Positions 30,655-40,203 of a DNA stretch of 64,000 nucleotides are shown here, one piece after another; the stretch's first letter is position 1; every line of letters begins with the position of its first letter. Position numbers and translations under genes: made by a program. The stretch lies in IMG/VR virus record IMGVR_UViG_3300032278_000002, positions 1 through 64,000 of that record. One strand, 5' to 3'. The stretch is from a virus. Under the pieces are notes generated by a model. The model had not been told where the DNA came from. It saw only the letters and a program-made list of their open reading frames with translations, and ran no database searches.

Positions 30655-31000
30655 AATAGATTATGAACATGGTAAGGACGCGGACGCGGAAGGATTTGAT
30701 TACGACAAGTTCGCAACCGAGCTCGGTCTGGAAACACACCAAGCTCGGTTGGCGTTGGAGCTAGCTTGCTCGAACCTAAAACTGTTCGACAAGAAACAAA
30801 AGGACTACGGCAGTGCGAATATCTCCAATAACCCCATGCCAGAGTTCGGGGTGGCTATCCGGGCCAACGACAAAATCCAACGAATAATGAATCTTCTGGG
30901 GAAAGACACGGCTCAATGTGAGTCTAGAGAGGACTCGTGGATGGATTTGGCGAACTACGGCCTTATCGGATATATGGTGGCAACGGGACTTTGGAGGTAA
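30644..31000 (+). CDS. DUF1599 (nucleotide-modification-associated domain 1) protein
   Basis: KKQKDYG...IRANDKIQR...ESREDSWMDLANYGLI. Confidence 0.8.
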   Translation: MMAKIDYEHGKDADAEGFDYDKFATELGLETHQARLALELACSNLKLFDKKQKDYGSANISNNPMPEFGVAIRANDKIQRIMNLLGKDTAQCESREDSWMDLANYGLIGYMVATGLWR

Positions 31001-31004
31001 TGGG

Positions 31005-31343
31005 ATGAACGGAGCAGCGGGCAACCCGAGAAACCTACCGGACGGCATCGACTATAGCGCTATGTTGGACGTCAAGGCGTCTGTCGAGAGGGTAGCTCTC
31101 GAAATGGAGCGGATGGACAACCCCAACATAAAACTATTTGATGAATTGGCTCCTGCCTTCATGGGCTTCGCCACACGAGGTTCGAGCTCCGAACCGATGG
31201 CAGCCTATGATTACGACAAATGTAGCACTTTGCTACAAGAACGGCAGAAGTGGACTCAAGAAGAGGCCATCGAGTATCTGGAGTTCAACTACGTGAACGC
31301 TTGGTTCGGGGACGGGACGCCCTTCTTCGTGAAGACTGTTTAG
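31005..31343 (+). CDS. Phage hypothetical protein
   Basis: AYDYDKC...EEAIEYLEFNYVNAWFGDGTPFFV; ATG at 31005. Confidence 0.7.
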   Translation: MNGAAGNPRNLPDGIDYSAMLDVKASVERVALEMERMDNPNIKLFDELAPAFMGFATRGSSSEPMAAYDYDKCSTLLQERQKWTQEEAIEYLEFNYVNAWFGDGTPFFVKTV

Positions 31344-31527
31344 CCTTCTTGTTCATCTTGGCGGCGTAGGCTTTCCCCTTCTTGGTGTAGGACGCCTTTT
31401 GTTTCCGTCCCCGGCTGTCGGTGTATGATGGCACGGTCCTCATCATGTAGTCTATGGGGTGGGTGCGTCAAGTCTTCTTGATCGTACTGCCGGGCTACTT
31501 CCAAACAAAGTTCCACCTCCGTCTCAT

Positions 31528-31768
31528 CAATGACATGAGGCTTTCTCTTCATGTCATTGCGTAAAACGTTCGAAATGAGCGAGATCCAGCCCAAAATGAC
31601 ATGATGACATGTAATCCGGCCAAAAACCCAATAAATGTTATTACCTTATATATACTCACACTTTTTTACTGTTTTACATGTCATCATGTCATTGGCGTAT
31701 ATAGTGTGCTGGATACCAAAGAGTTATGAAATGACATGTAAGAATACCCTCATGTCATTCATGTCATT
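31528..31768. repeat. Cluster of nine ATGACATG/CATGTCAT octamers in inverted and direct arrangement
   Basis: 11-bp IR 31528-31538/31549-31559; perfect 20-bp IR 31595-31614/31674-31693; further copies at 31731, 31751, 31760. Confidence 0.92.
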
Positions 31769-32066
31769 CCTCGTTCCATCCAATTTTTAGCCCTGAGTCG
31801 TCGGACCAGCACGTAGCTTGGGTTTTAGCGGATTTGAAGGGCATATAGCACCCACACCCGAATCCGACGGCATTGGGTCCGCAAGTCTTGGAGTCCCGGT
31901 TATATATAGGACATTGCCGGCATTTCCTCATTCGGCTCCACCACAGTTTGCGGCCCGCGTTCCTCCCTATTGCGAGTAAAACCATTTTCCAGAGCGTGAG
32001 GGGGTTTCTAAGCCCTCCCACTGCCTTAGCCCATTCCTTCAGTCTGCGGCGGTTTATGATACCCAT
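31764..32066 (-). CDS. Small Cys-rich (metal-binding) protein
   Basis: CRQCP...TCG...GCGCY...TCW; ATG at 32066. Confidence 0.65.
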   Translation of the reverse strand: MGIINRRRLKEWAKAVGGLRNPLTLWKMVLLAIGRNAGRKLWWSRMRKCRQCPIYNRDSKTCGPNAVGFGCGCYMPFKSAKTQATCWSDDSGLKIGWNEE

Positions 32067-32280
32067 ACGCTCGATTAAACCCCAAAAGCACCGGGACACG
32101 AGCAAAAAGTTTGAGAATGCTCCGACTAGAGACGCCCTATGTTATACTCGTACGCAGGCAAAAGAGCAAACCCCCCTTGCCCCCCTTCCCTAGTGGTATG
32201 GTTTGGGTAGTACCCTACCACAATCTCCTTGCTTCGGCTTATAGTCTAACCGCAACAGAAACCAAGTGACCAACAAAACA

Positions 32281-32826
32281 ATGAGTAAGACTCCACTACC
32301 TGCTTCCCTTGGCGGAAGCGTCTCGATGCTTGACCTAATAGGGAAAGCCCGAGCTGAAATAGACACGAAACATACGGACAATACACAATCCGCTTATGAT
32401 AACCTCGTGTCCGTTAACGAATCGACTGGCGTAATAACCTTCGGTTCCCACGGGGTAGACATGACCCGTGAAAAGACTGCTGACGGCAAGTTCGTTGCAA
32501 TGACCTCTGAGCAATCAGGAGCAAGGCAAGCCAACAGCCAAGCCAAGAAACATATTGGCAACACAATGACCAAGGAGCAGTCCGATGAGCATGGACTCGC
32601 AATCCTTGCCGATATAACCGCTGACCCTAACCTTCGGATTATCGGCATCGCAAAGGACGGCAAGTATGGGTGGAAGATAATGGTTCAAGATGTATCGGGA
32701 ACCAAGTCCATCCTTCAAGTCCAGTCCGAGCATCTCCAAGCTCACGAGGCTACCATCGAGGAGATTGTGAAGGCTGGCGATGTCGGAGCCGTGATGAAGT
32801 TCCTTGACGACTTGGTGAACCTGTAA
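32281..32826 (+). CDS. Hypothetical protein, first gene of the plus-strand block
   Basis: Clean ORF with biased codons, followed by hairpin and T-tract. Confidence 0.8.
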   Translation: MSKTPLPASLGGSVSMLDLIGKARAEIDTKHTDNTQSAYDNLVSVNESTGVITFGSHGVDMTREKTADGKFVAMTSEQSGARQANSQAKKHIGNTMTKEQSDEHGLAILADITADPNLRIIGIAKDGKYGWKIMVQDVSGTKSILQVQSEHLQAHEATIEEIVKAGDVGAVMKFLDDLVNL

Positions 32827-32838
32827 TCCGACAGGTTT

Positions 32839-32878
32839 CCGCTAGCCCAATTCGGGGCTAGCGGTTCACGCTTTTTTT
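32839..32878 (+). terminator. Intrinsic terminator-like hairpin
   Basis: ccgctagccc-aattcg-gggctagcgg, then T7 at 32872. Confidence 0.65.
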
Positions 32879-32885
32879 AGGGGTA

Positions 32886-32902
32886 TGACCTGTGGACATC
32901 AA
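32886..32902 (+). promoter_or_regulatory. TGACCTGTGGACATCAA motif, intergenic copy 1
   Basis: CTGTGGACATCAA identical at 33784 and 35114; inverted near-copy at 50569-50585. Confidence 0.7.
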
Positions 32903-32944
32903 TGCAGGGCATCCATTTTAACCACTAACCACGAGGATATAATT

Positions 32945-33184
32945 ATGTTCTGTCTCTATTGTTTCGGGAAGTTCATCCAAACTTTGAATGCACTCCCAAC
33001 ATTCCATGACCTTGGTCCAGACCCAGTCACGGACCACATCGATGCCGACAAGGATGGCATAACCCAATGGATTCCCTTGGGCAAAACCGATGCCTTGTCT
33101 CCGTTGGTTGTCGAATGGGAAGACAACCCACCACATCCAAGCCCAGCCGAACGGGCTGAACTGCTTGAGGAGCTACGCTCATGA
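32945..33184 (+). CDS. Hypothetical protein
   Basis: GAGG upstream of ATG 32945; ATGA overlap with next gene. Confidence 0.6.
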   Translation: MFCLYCFGKFIQTLNALPTFHDLGPDPVTDHIDADKDGITQWIPLGKTDALSPLVVEWEDNPPHPSPAERAELLEELRS

Positions 33185-33483
33185 AGTTCAAGACCTTGAG
33201 CTGTCAAACGATGACCAAGAAAGAACTCAAGACAATGCTCAAGCTTGAGGTTGCCTTGTCTCTTGATGACATCAAGCAACTCAAACGCATCCTTAGCAAG
33301 GGATGCCATCCCGACCATCACAAGACTCTCGGCTTGTCGAAGAAGACTTGCGAGAGGTTGATGAAGGATGTGAACCAACTCATCAAGGACTTGGAGGACT
33401 GCACTATCCTCCACGACTCCATGGTTCGACAACTCGATGAACGAGGGCTTCATCGAGGGAACACCAAACTCCTCAAGGAATAA
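33181..33483 (+). CDS. Hypothetical protein
   Basis: GAGGAG upstream, coupled start. Confidence 0.7.
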   Translation: MKFKTLSCQTMTKKELKTMLKLEVALSLDDIKQLKRILSKGCHPDHHKTLGLSKKTCERLMKDVNQLIKDLEDCTILHDSMVRQLDERGLHRGNTKLLKE

Positions 33484-33719
33484 CACTTTGCTTTTCATCA
33501 CCATGCGTTACATCACAAAGTCCTCGGCAGTGAGGCACAATTGGGAGGATTGCCTTCATGTATTAGCTCTAGGAACAGAGGAGGGTGGCACCCTCGGGCA
33601 AACAGCCGATAGCAAGGAGAAAAACGGGTTGGCTCATGACCAATCCAAGCGAGAGGTACGCTTTAGTGTAATGCTACGGCTAGATAACCAAGACCTCGAA
33701 GTATCCGAGCGGGTTCCAT

Positions 33720-33770
33720 CTCCTCGGTGGTTGCATACCACCGAGGAGAGCCTGTTTACCTCACTTTATT
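33720..33770 (+). terminator. 12-bp hairpin, terminator-like
   Basis: ctcctcggtggt-tgcat-accaccgaggag; T-rich tract is displaced and imperfect. Confidence 0.4.
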
Positions 33771-33783
33771 TAAGGGGTGACAA

Positions 33784-33796
33784 CTGTGGACATCAA
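33784..33796 (+). promoter_or_regulatory. CTGTGGACATCAA motif, intergenic copy 2
   Basis: Exact 13-mer, preceded by GGGG and followed by TTTTAACCAC as in copy 1. Confidence 0.7.
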
Positions 33797-33843
33797 CGCA
33801 CAACACCCCTTTTAACCACACCAACATCGAACAGAAAGACCAA

Positions 33844-34425
33844 ATGAATATATATCTAATGCTACTACGACTCGTTCTCGCAGTCGTTGACCTTGCCAAG
33901 AAGCACAGACTCAAGGCGAGGGAGATTGACCCAGTCCTTCAACTTGTCAGCGATATCTCGGAGGCAACTGTCCATGAGGAATGCCACCGCGAGACTCTGA
34001 GTGAACGAGCCACTACTCTAGCCAACGAGCTCGCCACCGCTATTGATGACCTCGACCGGAAATACAAAGCTCAAGAGCTCACCGAGGAACAGGGGTGGAA
34101 AGAGCGGAGGTCACTCCACACGCACATCGGACAAGCACGGGAGCGGGTGAAAGAGATGGGTAACTTGGACGAGCACAAGGACATCTACAAGGCGGTGGCT
34201 ATCTACGAGCAGGTGCTGATAGAACTTTGCGTCATGTTCCCTCGCACCAATGTACCGCTGGAGGTCGACCGCCGGAAAGGCTCGGGTACTATAAATGCCT
34301 TCCCCGAAGGAGTACTGCCCAACGGTGACACCATCCATGTTATAGAAGCTGACGGCACGGGTGCGGACATCTCCGACCTCGAAGCCTTTCGAACCGCAGC
34401 TAACAACAAGGGAGACCAATCATAA
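33844..34425 (+). CDS. Hypothetical helical protein
   Basis: 193-aa ORF, TAATG coupling to next gene. Confidence 0.75.
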   Translation: MNIYLMLLRLVLAVVDLAKKHRLKAREIDPVLQLVSDISEATVHEECHRETLSERATTLANELATAIDDLDRKYKAQELTEEQGWKERRSLHTHIGQARERVKEMGNLDEHKDIYKAVAIYEQVLIELCVMFPRTNVPLEVDRRKGSGTINAFPEGVLPNGDTIHVIEADGTGADISDLEAFRTAANNKGDQS

Positions 34426-34700
34426 TGGGTAAACCAAATCACTCACCGAAGGGTAAGGGCCGGAACTGGTGGTATCGCATCCGCAACATCCGAAAGGACC
34501 AAAAGGACGCCGCAGACCGCAACACCCACAAGAAATTCGTTGCGGAGGAGGAGAAGAAGAAGGAGAGCCGGGAAGCATCCATACCATCCGTCCTCCCCGA
34601 ACGCCTGCGTAACATCGGCCCAGTTAGCCCGAAGGCTACCACCAACTGGTTTGGCAAAGCATGGTCTGGCGTGAAGGGTGCTTTAAGGGGGAAGTCATGA
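34425..34700 (+). CDS. Small basic hypothetical protein
   Basis: GGAG upstream; coupled on both sides. Confidence 0.7.
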   Translation: MGKPNHSPKGKGRNWWYRIRNIRKDQKDAADRNTHKKFVAEEEKKKESREASIPSVLPERLRNIGPVSPKATTNWFGKAWSGVKGALRGKS

Positions 34701-35029
34701 AGGTTACGGTAGGACTCAAGATGGGCGAAGGTGTCGCTGGCTTCCTGTTCAAGTTAGGCGACCTCGTCCTTGAAAACTCTTACTCGAACATTTCGGGTGG
34801 ACCCAATGCCAAGGAGGACATGGAGGAAGCCATCGAGGCTTTCATCCGTGAGATGCGGGAGCTGGGTCATGAAATCATCGTTGACCCAAGCATCATCGCC
34901 AAACTCAAGGAAACTTATCCTTACTTCAAGCTCCCTTCCCTCGAGAACAAGGGACCATACGATGATGCCATGGCAGATGCGGATATCGAGGAAGCAGGGG
35001 AAAACCTCGCAAAGGATTGGGTAGATTAA
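34697..35029 (+). CDS. Small acidic hypothetical protein
   Basis: ATG 34697 in ATGA overlap. Confidence 0.7.
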   Translation: MKVTVGLKMGEGVAGFLFKLGDLVLENSYSNISGGPNAKEDMEEAIEAFIREMRELGHEIIVDPSIIAKLKETYPYFKLPSLENKGPYDDAMADADIEEAGENLAKDWVD

Positions 35030-35057
35030 TGTTTGACCTTCGCCCCTACCAACACAC

Positions 35058-35101
35058 GACCCAGCTCATCATCGCCATGGTGAGCTGGGTCACCTTTTTT
35101 T
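35058..35101 (+). terminator. Intrinsic terminator
   Basis: gacccagctca...tgagctgggtc, then T7. Confidence 0.75.
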
Positions 35102-35110
35102 GGGGGATTT

Positions 35111-35126
35111 CGCCTGTGGACATCAA
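35111..35126 (+). promoter_or_regulatory. CGCCTGTGGACATCAA motif, intergenic copy 3
   Basis: Same hairpin, T-tract, GGGG, motif, TTTAAC arrangement. Confidence 0.7.
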
Positions 35127-35146
35127 TTTAACAACACACCAATAAC

Positions 35147-35473
35147 ATGAAGAAGCTAAAATATATTTGCGTCTACTTGCACGGCACGACCCTCCTTGAC
35201 GACTGCCTTCCCCACGAAGCCCAACTTGTTCCCCCATTCAATCCTCAAGCCGTGTGGGATGCTGGTGTGGAGGAGATGAACGAAGCCATGCACCAAGTCG
35301 GTAATAACGAACGCAGTCGGCTACTGGCAACGTTGCTCATGCGTTTCCAACAATTTCTTCCGTCCCATGATGCCATGATAGCATTGAATGGCGTAGCCAA
35401 GCTAATGCATGACACGGACACAACGAACGGAACCGTAATTATTATTCGTAAAGACGGGAGTACCCGTCTGTAA
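35147..35473 (+). CDS. Hypothetical protein
   Basis: Starts after an A/C-rich leader. Confidence 0.7.
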   Translation: MKKLKYICVYLHGTTLLDDCLPHEAQLVPPFNPQAVWDAGVEEMNEAMHQVGNNERSRLLATLLMRFQQFLPSHDAMIALNGVAKLMHDTDTTNGTVIIIRKDGSTRL

Positions 35474-35498
35474 CAACCAAAAAGAAAGACCAAGACCA

Positions 35499-35990
35499 AT
35501 GACAACACCCAATGATACCGACATCCGCTCTGATATTGAGCAAGAAGTCGATGAAATACAGAAGAAGAACGACAACCAACTAGTCAATCAACTGCGAGAA
35601 CTGCGGGAGGGAGACCAATTCATCTCGACCGGTGGTGACGGATGTGCTTTCACCCAGCATCTCAAGTTCTTGATTCTCTTTGGAGGCACCCTTGCCGAAG
35701 AGATGCAGGCCAATCCTCAAGTAATGGGGGACAAGGAAAGCGAGAAGATACTCTTGGGCTTGGAAGTCGCAATCGAGGGAATCAATCACATCCTCACATT
35801 ACCCAGTCAATACGATGTGATTGACAGACTCATCGACCGAGTCGAAGCCTGCGATGCCGAACGCTCCAACCTTCTCAATGCAGTCGGACAGCAGGAAGCC
35901 GGAGGCGAGGCTGTCTACTTGGAAGATTGGAAAAAGGACGGCTCACTTCCCTTCACCTTCCCATCCGGAATCGGGAGAGACCAATCATGA
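35499..35990 (+). CDS. Acidic hypothetical protein
   Basis: 163-aa ORF, ATGA overlap with next gene. Confidence 0.75.
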   Translation: MTTPNDTDIRSDIEQEVDEIQKKNDNQLVNQLRELREGDQFISTGGDGCAFTQHLKFLILFGGTLAEEMQANPQVMGDKESEKILLGLEVAIEGINHILTLPSQYDVIDRLIDRVEACDAERSNLLNAVGQQEAGGEAVYLEDWKKDGSLPFTFPSGIGRDQS

Positions 35991-36763
35991 CAGTACTGGA
36001 TACAATACTAGCGACCTTCATCCTTGTGGTGCTTGGGTTCACGCTTCGTGGTTTGGTGGCTTACGCCAGTGAACGCCAAAGACTAAGGCTCCCCAAGCCA
36101 GTTCATGAGGACAAGGCATTCCGTGACAAGTTGGACTCAATCAAACATGAGGACAATGTCATAAGCTTCTTTGATGACCTCGGCCCTCCTCCATCCCAAC
36201 TTGATATCAGCGGTTTCATGCATAACCATCGTTCGGTTGAGGAGTATCAACTCTACGGTATTCGCCGCTGCTGTCGGCTGCTCCTCGACCCAATACATCC
36301 ACACAGCGAGGATTGGCCTTGGAGATGCCGAGCACGCTTGGGAGGTGTCTCCGGTTACAGGGGAAATCGCTTCCACTCCCTGCCCAAGAAGGTTCTGTAT
36401 CAGCAAGCCCTTGAGTATTTGTCGGAGAATGCATCGCACCACCAGCTCCTTGATTGGAAAAGCTTCTACCGCAACCACCCCGAAGAAGAAATTGCCATGA
36501 TAGCGGAATCCCAATCAATGGGCGGTCATAGCATCCCCGAAATGTCCAAGGAAATATGCCAAGCTCTCGGATCAATGCTCACCCCCCGCCAACAACTCGA
36601 CACCTTGTGCAAGGAGATATTCCCCGACATGGAACCGTACGCCGCTCGCTCTCGATTCCGATGGTACAACAGGCGATGGGTGCAAACCCATGACGAGGCA
36701 GGGACGCCTGTGGACATGGCAGACAAGGCAATCGAAAAGGGAGGACACCACGATGTCAGTTGA
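35987..36763 (+). CDS. Hypothetical protein with N-terminal transmembrane segment
   Basis: MTVLDTILATFILVVLGFTLRGLVAY from ATG 35987. Confidence 0.7.
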   Translation: MTVLDTILATFILVVLGFTLRGLVAYASERQRLRLPKPVHEDKAFRDKLDSIKHEDNVISFFDDLGPPPSQLDISGFMHNHRSVEEYQLYGIRRCCRLLLDPIHPHSEDWPWRCRARLGGVSGYRGNRFHSLPKKVLYQQALEYLSENASHHQLLDWKSFYRNHPEEEIAMIAESQSMGGHSIPEMSKEICQALGSMLTPRQQLDTLCKEIFPDMEPYAARSRFRWYNRRWVQTHDEAGTPVDMADKAIEKGGHHDVS

Positions 36764-37019
36764 CAACATATTGAAGAGAGCGGGGTTTCATTCCCCCGAC
36801 CAAGTGAAGGAACATCTCGCCTCGATACCTAGTTCGGTCGATGGCGTCATTGGCTCCCGAAAATTCATTCATGCTCCCAGTTCCCGTCTCGTGAATGCCT
36901 TGCTGTACCAAGGAATCAATCATGTCACGCCGTTGATGCCCGGTGAGGTAAACACGGGGCGTGCGTGGAGGTGCCCGACCAACGAAGTTCGTAATTACGA
37001 AGGAGGTTACTGTGAATAA
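36753..37019 (+). CDS. Hypothetical protein
   Basis: GGAGG upstream of ATG 36753. Confidence 0.65.
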   Translation: MSVDNILKRAGFHSPDQVKEHLASIPSSVDGVIGSRKFIHAPSSRLVNALLYQGINHVTPLMPGEVNTGRAWRCPTNEVRNYEGGYCE

Positions 37020-40000
37020 GTTTCTTAAGAATCTCGAGAGGGACAACCTCTACCCGTTGGGGCGTGACGCAACCCTGTCCGATTGGAAGTCGGGCAGGTT
37101 CGTTCGCATGTTCGCTCCAAGTAGTTGGTACTCATCAATGAGGCACCGAATGGATCCCGATGCCGACCACCCAACGGGCCCGCACCGAGTAGGCGGCCAA
37201 GGTATTACGCACTCCAGTAAAGCCTCCCTGCACTTGCCTAGTTGGTTTCATGAATCATACGACCTTAAGTGGAACGCAAATGTTTGCGGTAGACCCCTCG
37301 CAGTAAGCGAAGGGCAAAACTTCAATACCTCTTGGGGAACGAATGGCAAGAAAGATGTATTCAAGGATGATTTCCATGGTGTGCTACCCGAAGGCTACTT
37401 GTTAATTCCCCACGACTTCTTGATAGGGTCTGAGCCAAGGTGGGAATCTCCCCTGAGCCTGTTCGAATACCCATTCTATGCACCGTTCGCCACCCTCACC
37501 TCCTTGTTTCATGACTCGGGAGCCAGCATAGTGGACAAGTGGGAGTTGGAAGATGAGTCAAAGGGGTACGAAGTACGCTATCAACGGGAGCTTGTATCCA
37601 AAATCAATGCCAAGTGGTGGGTCGGCAAAGCCAAGACCTGTCGTCACAAGATTGAATACATACTCAAGTGGTTGCGAGACCCCACGCTTGACCTCCGCGT
37701 GAGGTGGGGAATCACTCCCAGCGATCAATTGAAAACTAGCAAAGAGAGATTCACTTGCACTGACGTGGCGGAATTGTGGAATTCCTATGACAATCCGGAA
37801 GAACCCTACGCTTTGCGGTATAATCTTAGGAATGACTACGGTCACCAAAGAAAGGATCCAGACCAGACTAGTGGCAAGCACCTCGATGGCACCAAGAGCA
37901 TAATCTACGGACGGAGGTTTGAACTGAACAGCGACCGCGTGCGATTGCGTATCGGGATGATGCCTCGCTTGAAACAGTACATTGTCTGCAAGGACACTTA
38001 TTCACCTGCATTGGCCGCGCCTTGCAAAGAATATAAAACTGATGCAGTCGCCAGTCGCAGGGAGACTGGTTCATGGGACGCAACGCGCTTCCGTGCTCAT
38101 CCCAACTACAATGACGCCCAAGACCACCTCTTCACTACTCCCATCAACTTGTTGGGAGTGTTCGGGGAACAGCGCAACTCCTTGATCAAGGACAACCTTT
38201 GCTACAAAGCTCATACGGATTCACACTATCGCAGCCCCAAAAGGTCTTGGTTCTATGTCAATACGCCCGTGCCAGATGCAAAGAGCGAGCACGGCCGTGT
38301 TAGAACAACGCTCGAGCTGGGCTGGACACACATTCGTTCGTTCAACTTGTGTTTCAAGCGGGTTGGGCAGGGACTGTATGAGTGGAAGGATTTGGGATGG
38401 GAACTCCCCGAGGAATCATATGACCCGCCGGGAGCTGAAACCAATACAAAGGCGGACAATCAACTCATGGCCGTTCGGTGGCTCACCGCACGTATGAACA
38501 AGGAGTTGAAGGGACGTTGGTATCTGCGAACAACTGGGCCCGCTTACACAAACCTCCCAATTAAAGGCACGAACAGAAACAGCACCCATCAACAGATAGC
38601 GTGGCTCGGCGAGTGGATCAACATGCTGGAGACGTTGATGGAAACTGACCGCCGAGGCGCCGAGTACTTGGCTCTGATGATGAACCAACTAATTGACCCG
38701 AAAAGAACAACTGGTTGGGACAGTCCCCGGTATCAATTGAATGCCGAGATGAAATTCATCAAAGGCAGTCACCCCGGTCGCCTTCGAAAATTGATAAATG
38801 ACCCCAATATACTGACACCGCCCACGGGCTTGCCCGATTCTGAGAGAGAATCACTACACAAAGCACGCAACGTGTTCTATAAGTATCTTCCAGCTTTTAC
38901 CGTCAAAATGTTCAAGAAAGCGAAAAAGGATTACCTCAAGCAGAGGCATCATGAGGATTGTGACCAAGTCTTGACTTGCAAATGCCCACCCAACGGAGGC
39001 TTGAATATTTCCTACAAGTACTTGAAGCAGTTATATCGCAAGAGATGTAACCTAGCCGTCAAGTGGCACATATCCGACAACGACTGTCAAAGTGGAAAAG
39101 TATTCAATGCATTGACTGGTTCCCTTGTCGTCCTACTCCCTCGAAACAGGGTATCTCATAAGCAGAGCCGAGACGGACCCACGATACTCAATACCATGAA
39201 CGTTGATTATTCCGGCGGATTCATTGTGTTGTCCAACGGAACCTTGGATTCAATGCACGTGTCCGAAGCTACCGGTCACCATCAGCGGGGACAATATCCG
39301 GAAGGGGATTCTCCGCCATTCGCAGGGCCCGTGAGGTTCAGATGCACCGTTGATGCGGTAAGGGCTTTCCGCGATCCATATGTCAGCGCCTTGTCCTCCA
39401 AAGAATTCAAAGGATACCCAGCCACGTACGCATACGACCGCCCCTATTGCGTGGTAAGGAAATCAGAGAGACAATCAACCCCCGACTGGTTGTTGGTTCG
39501 ATCCCATGCCAGCGTGACCGAGGTTCGCCCGAAAGAAGAGATAGCTCATGACCTCCGAGTCCATCAAATTACGTACGATAGGCTCAAGTTGGAACTGGCC
39601 AATGGCGTGGATGCCGCCGGCATGCCGCTGAGCAAGCGATCTCGGTTGGATTATGTGAACTGCTACCTCCCTCGGTTGGAGAATCAACTTAAGTTCCCTC
39701 GGGAATTCAACCAACACAGGGTGTCCAAGGGGTTTGACGAACAACTTCAATTAACTAACTCGATAGGTCAGCTTTACCACGACCGATCAATTGGACAATT
39801 TCCGGTCATGAGTACGGCGTATGCAGTGCTATTTATGCCTGTGGACATGTTCGATGCCTCTCCAATGGAAATATACAACTGGATGAAAGATTATTGTGAC
39901 AAGTTGATCACCCGCTCCCTTCGCAGTCGCAGGTATTGCTACGCCAATTGCGTGTGGCAATCACTACATAAGCTACGGTGGTGGGCCAAGTCTTTTGGGC

Positions 40001-40203
40001 TGACTCGGAAATTCAACCGCCAGTTTCCCATGAACAAGTTGGAGAATATATACATGAAACAACTGATTCGGTACCGAGTGAAAAATTTATGTCCGCTTAC
40101 TGGGCGGCCAATGAACAGAACAACAAATGTAGATACCTTCCGTGAACGCGAGGGGTATGTACGAAACGTAAAGGAAGAAGAAATATGGAAATACCAACGC
40201 TAA
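37012..40203 (+). CDS. Large (~1060 aa) basic, aromatic-rich protein of unknown function
   Basis: AGGAGG at 37001 before GTG 37012; no family motif recognised. Confidence 0.85.
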   Translation: MNKFLKNLERDNLYPLGRDATLSDWKSGRFVRMFAPSSWYSSMRHRMDPDADHPTGPHRVGGQGITHSSKASLHLPSWFHESYDLKWNANVCGRPLAVSEGQNFNTSWGTNGKKDVFKDDFHGVLPEGYLLIPHDFLIGSEPRWESPLSLFEYPFYAPFATLTSLFHDSGASIVDKWELEDESKGYEVRYQRELVSKINAKWWVGKAKTCRHKIEYILKWLRDPTLDLRVRWGITPSDQLKTSKERFTCTDVAELWNSYDNPEEPYALRYNLRNDYGHQRKDPDQTSGKHLDGTKSIIYGRRFELNSDRVRLRIGMMPRLKQYIVCKDTYSPALAAPCKEYKTDAVASRRETGSWDATRFRAHPNYNDAQDHLFTTPINLLGVFGEQRNSLIKDNLCYKAHTDSHYRSPKRSWFYVNTPVPDAKSEHGRVRTTLELGWTHIRSFNLCFKRVGQGLYEWKDLGWELPEESYDPPGAETNTKADNQLMAVRWLTARMNKELKGRWYLRTTGPAYTNLPIKGTNRNSTHQQIAWLGEWINMLETLMETDRRGAEYLALMMNQLIDPKRTTGWDSPRYQLNAEMKFIKGSHPGRLRKLINDPNILTPPTGLPDSERESLHKARNVFYKYLPAFTVKMFKKAKKDYLKQRHHEDCDQVLTCKCPPNGGLNISYKYLKQLYRKRCNLAVKWHISDNDCQSGKVFNALTGSLVVLLPRNRVSHKQSRDGPTILNTMNVDYSGGFIVLSNGTLDSMHVSEATGHHQRGQYPEGDSPPFAGPVRFRCTVDAVRAFRDPYVSALSSKEFKGYPATYAYDRPYCVVRKSERQSTPDWLLVRSHASVTEVRPKEEIAHDLRVHQITYDRLKLELANGVDAAGMPLSKRSRLDYVNCYLPRLENQLKFPREFNQHRVSKGFDEQLQLTNSIGQLYHDRSIGQFPVMSTAYAVLFMPVDMFDASPMEIYNWMKDYCDKLITRSLRSRRYCYANCVWQSLHKLRWWAKSFGLTRKFNRQFPMNKLENIYMKQLIRYRVKNLCPLTGRPMNRTTNVDTFREREGYVRNVKEEEIWKYQR

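Noticed and set aside
31340-31594. 84-aa minus-strand ORF over the repeat array
   Set aside because: Starts inside the iteron cluster with no supporting motif; left uncalled, though a short gene in 31344-31550 is not excluded
33655-33730. tRNA-like fragments (tagtgtaatg...gggttccatc)
   Set aside because: No consistent acceptor stem or T-arm pairing; a cloverleaf cannot be built
32886-35126. CTGTGGACATCAA repeats as a CRISPR array
   Set aside because: Only 13-17 bp, separated by 0.9-1.3 kb of genes; no cas operon
37012-40203. Single-subunit RNA polymerase (KGRWY resembles RGRxY)
   Set aside because: No motif A (DGxCSG), motif B or HDSF, and no DxDGD motif
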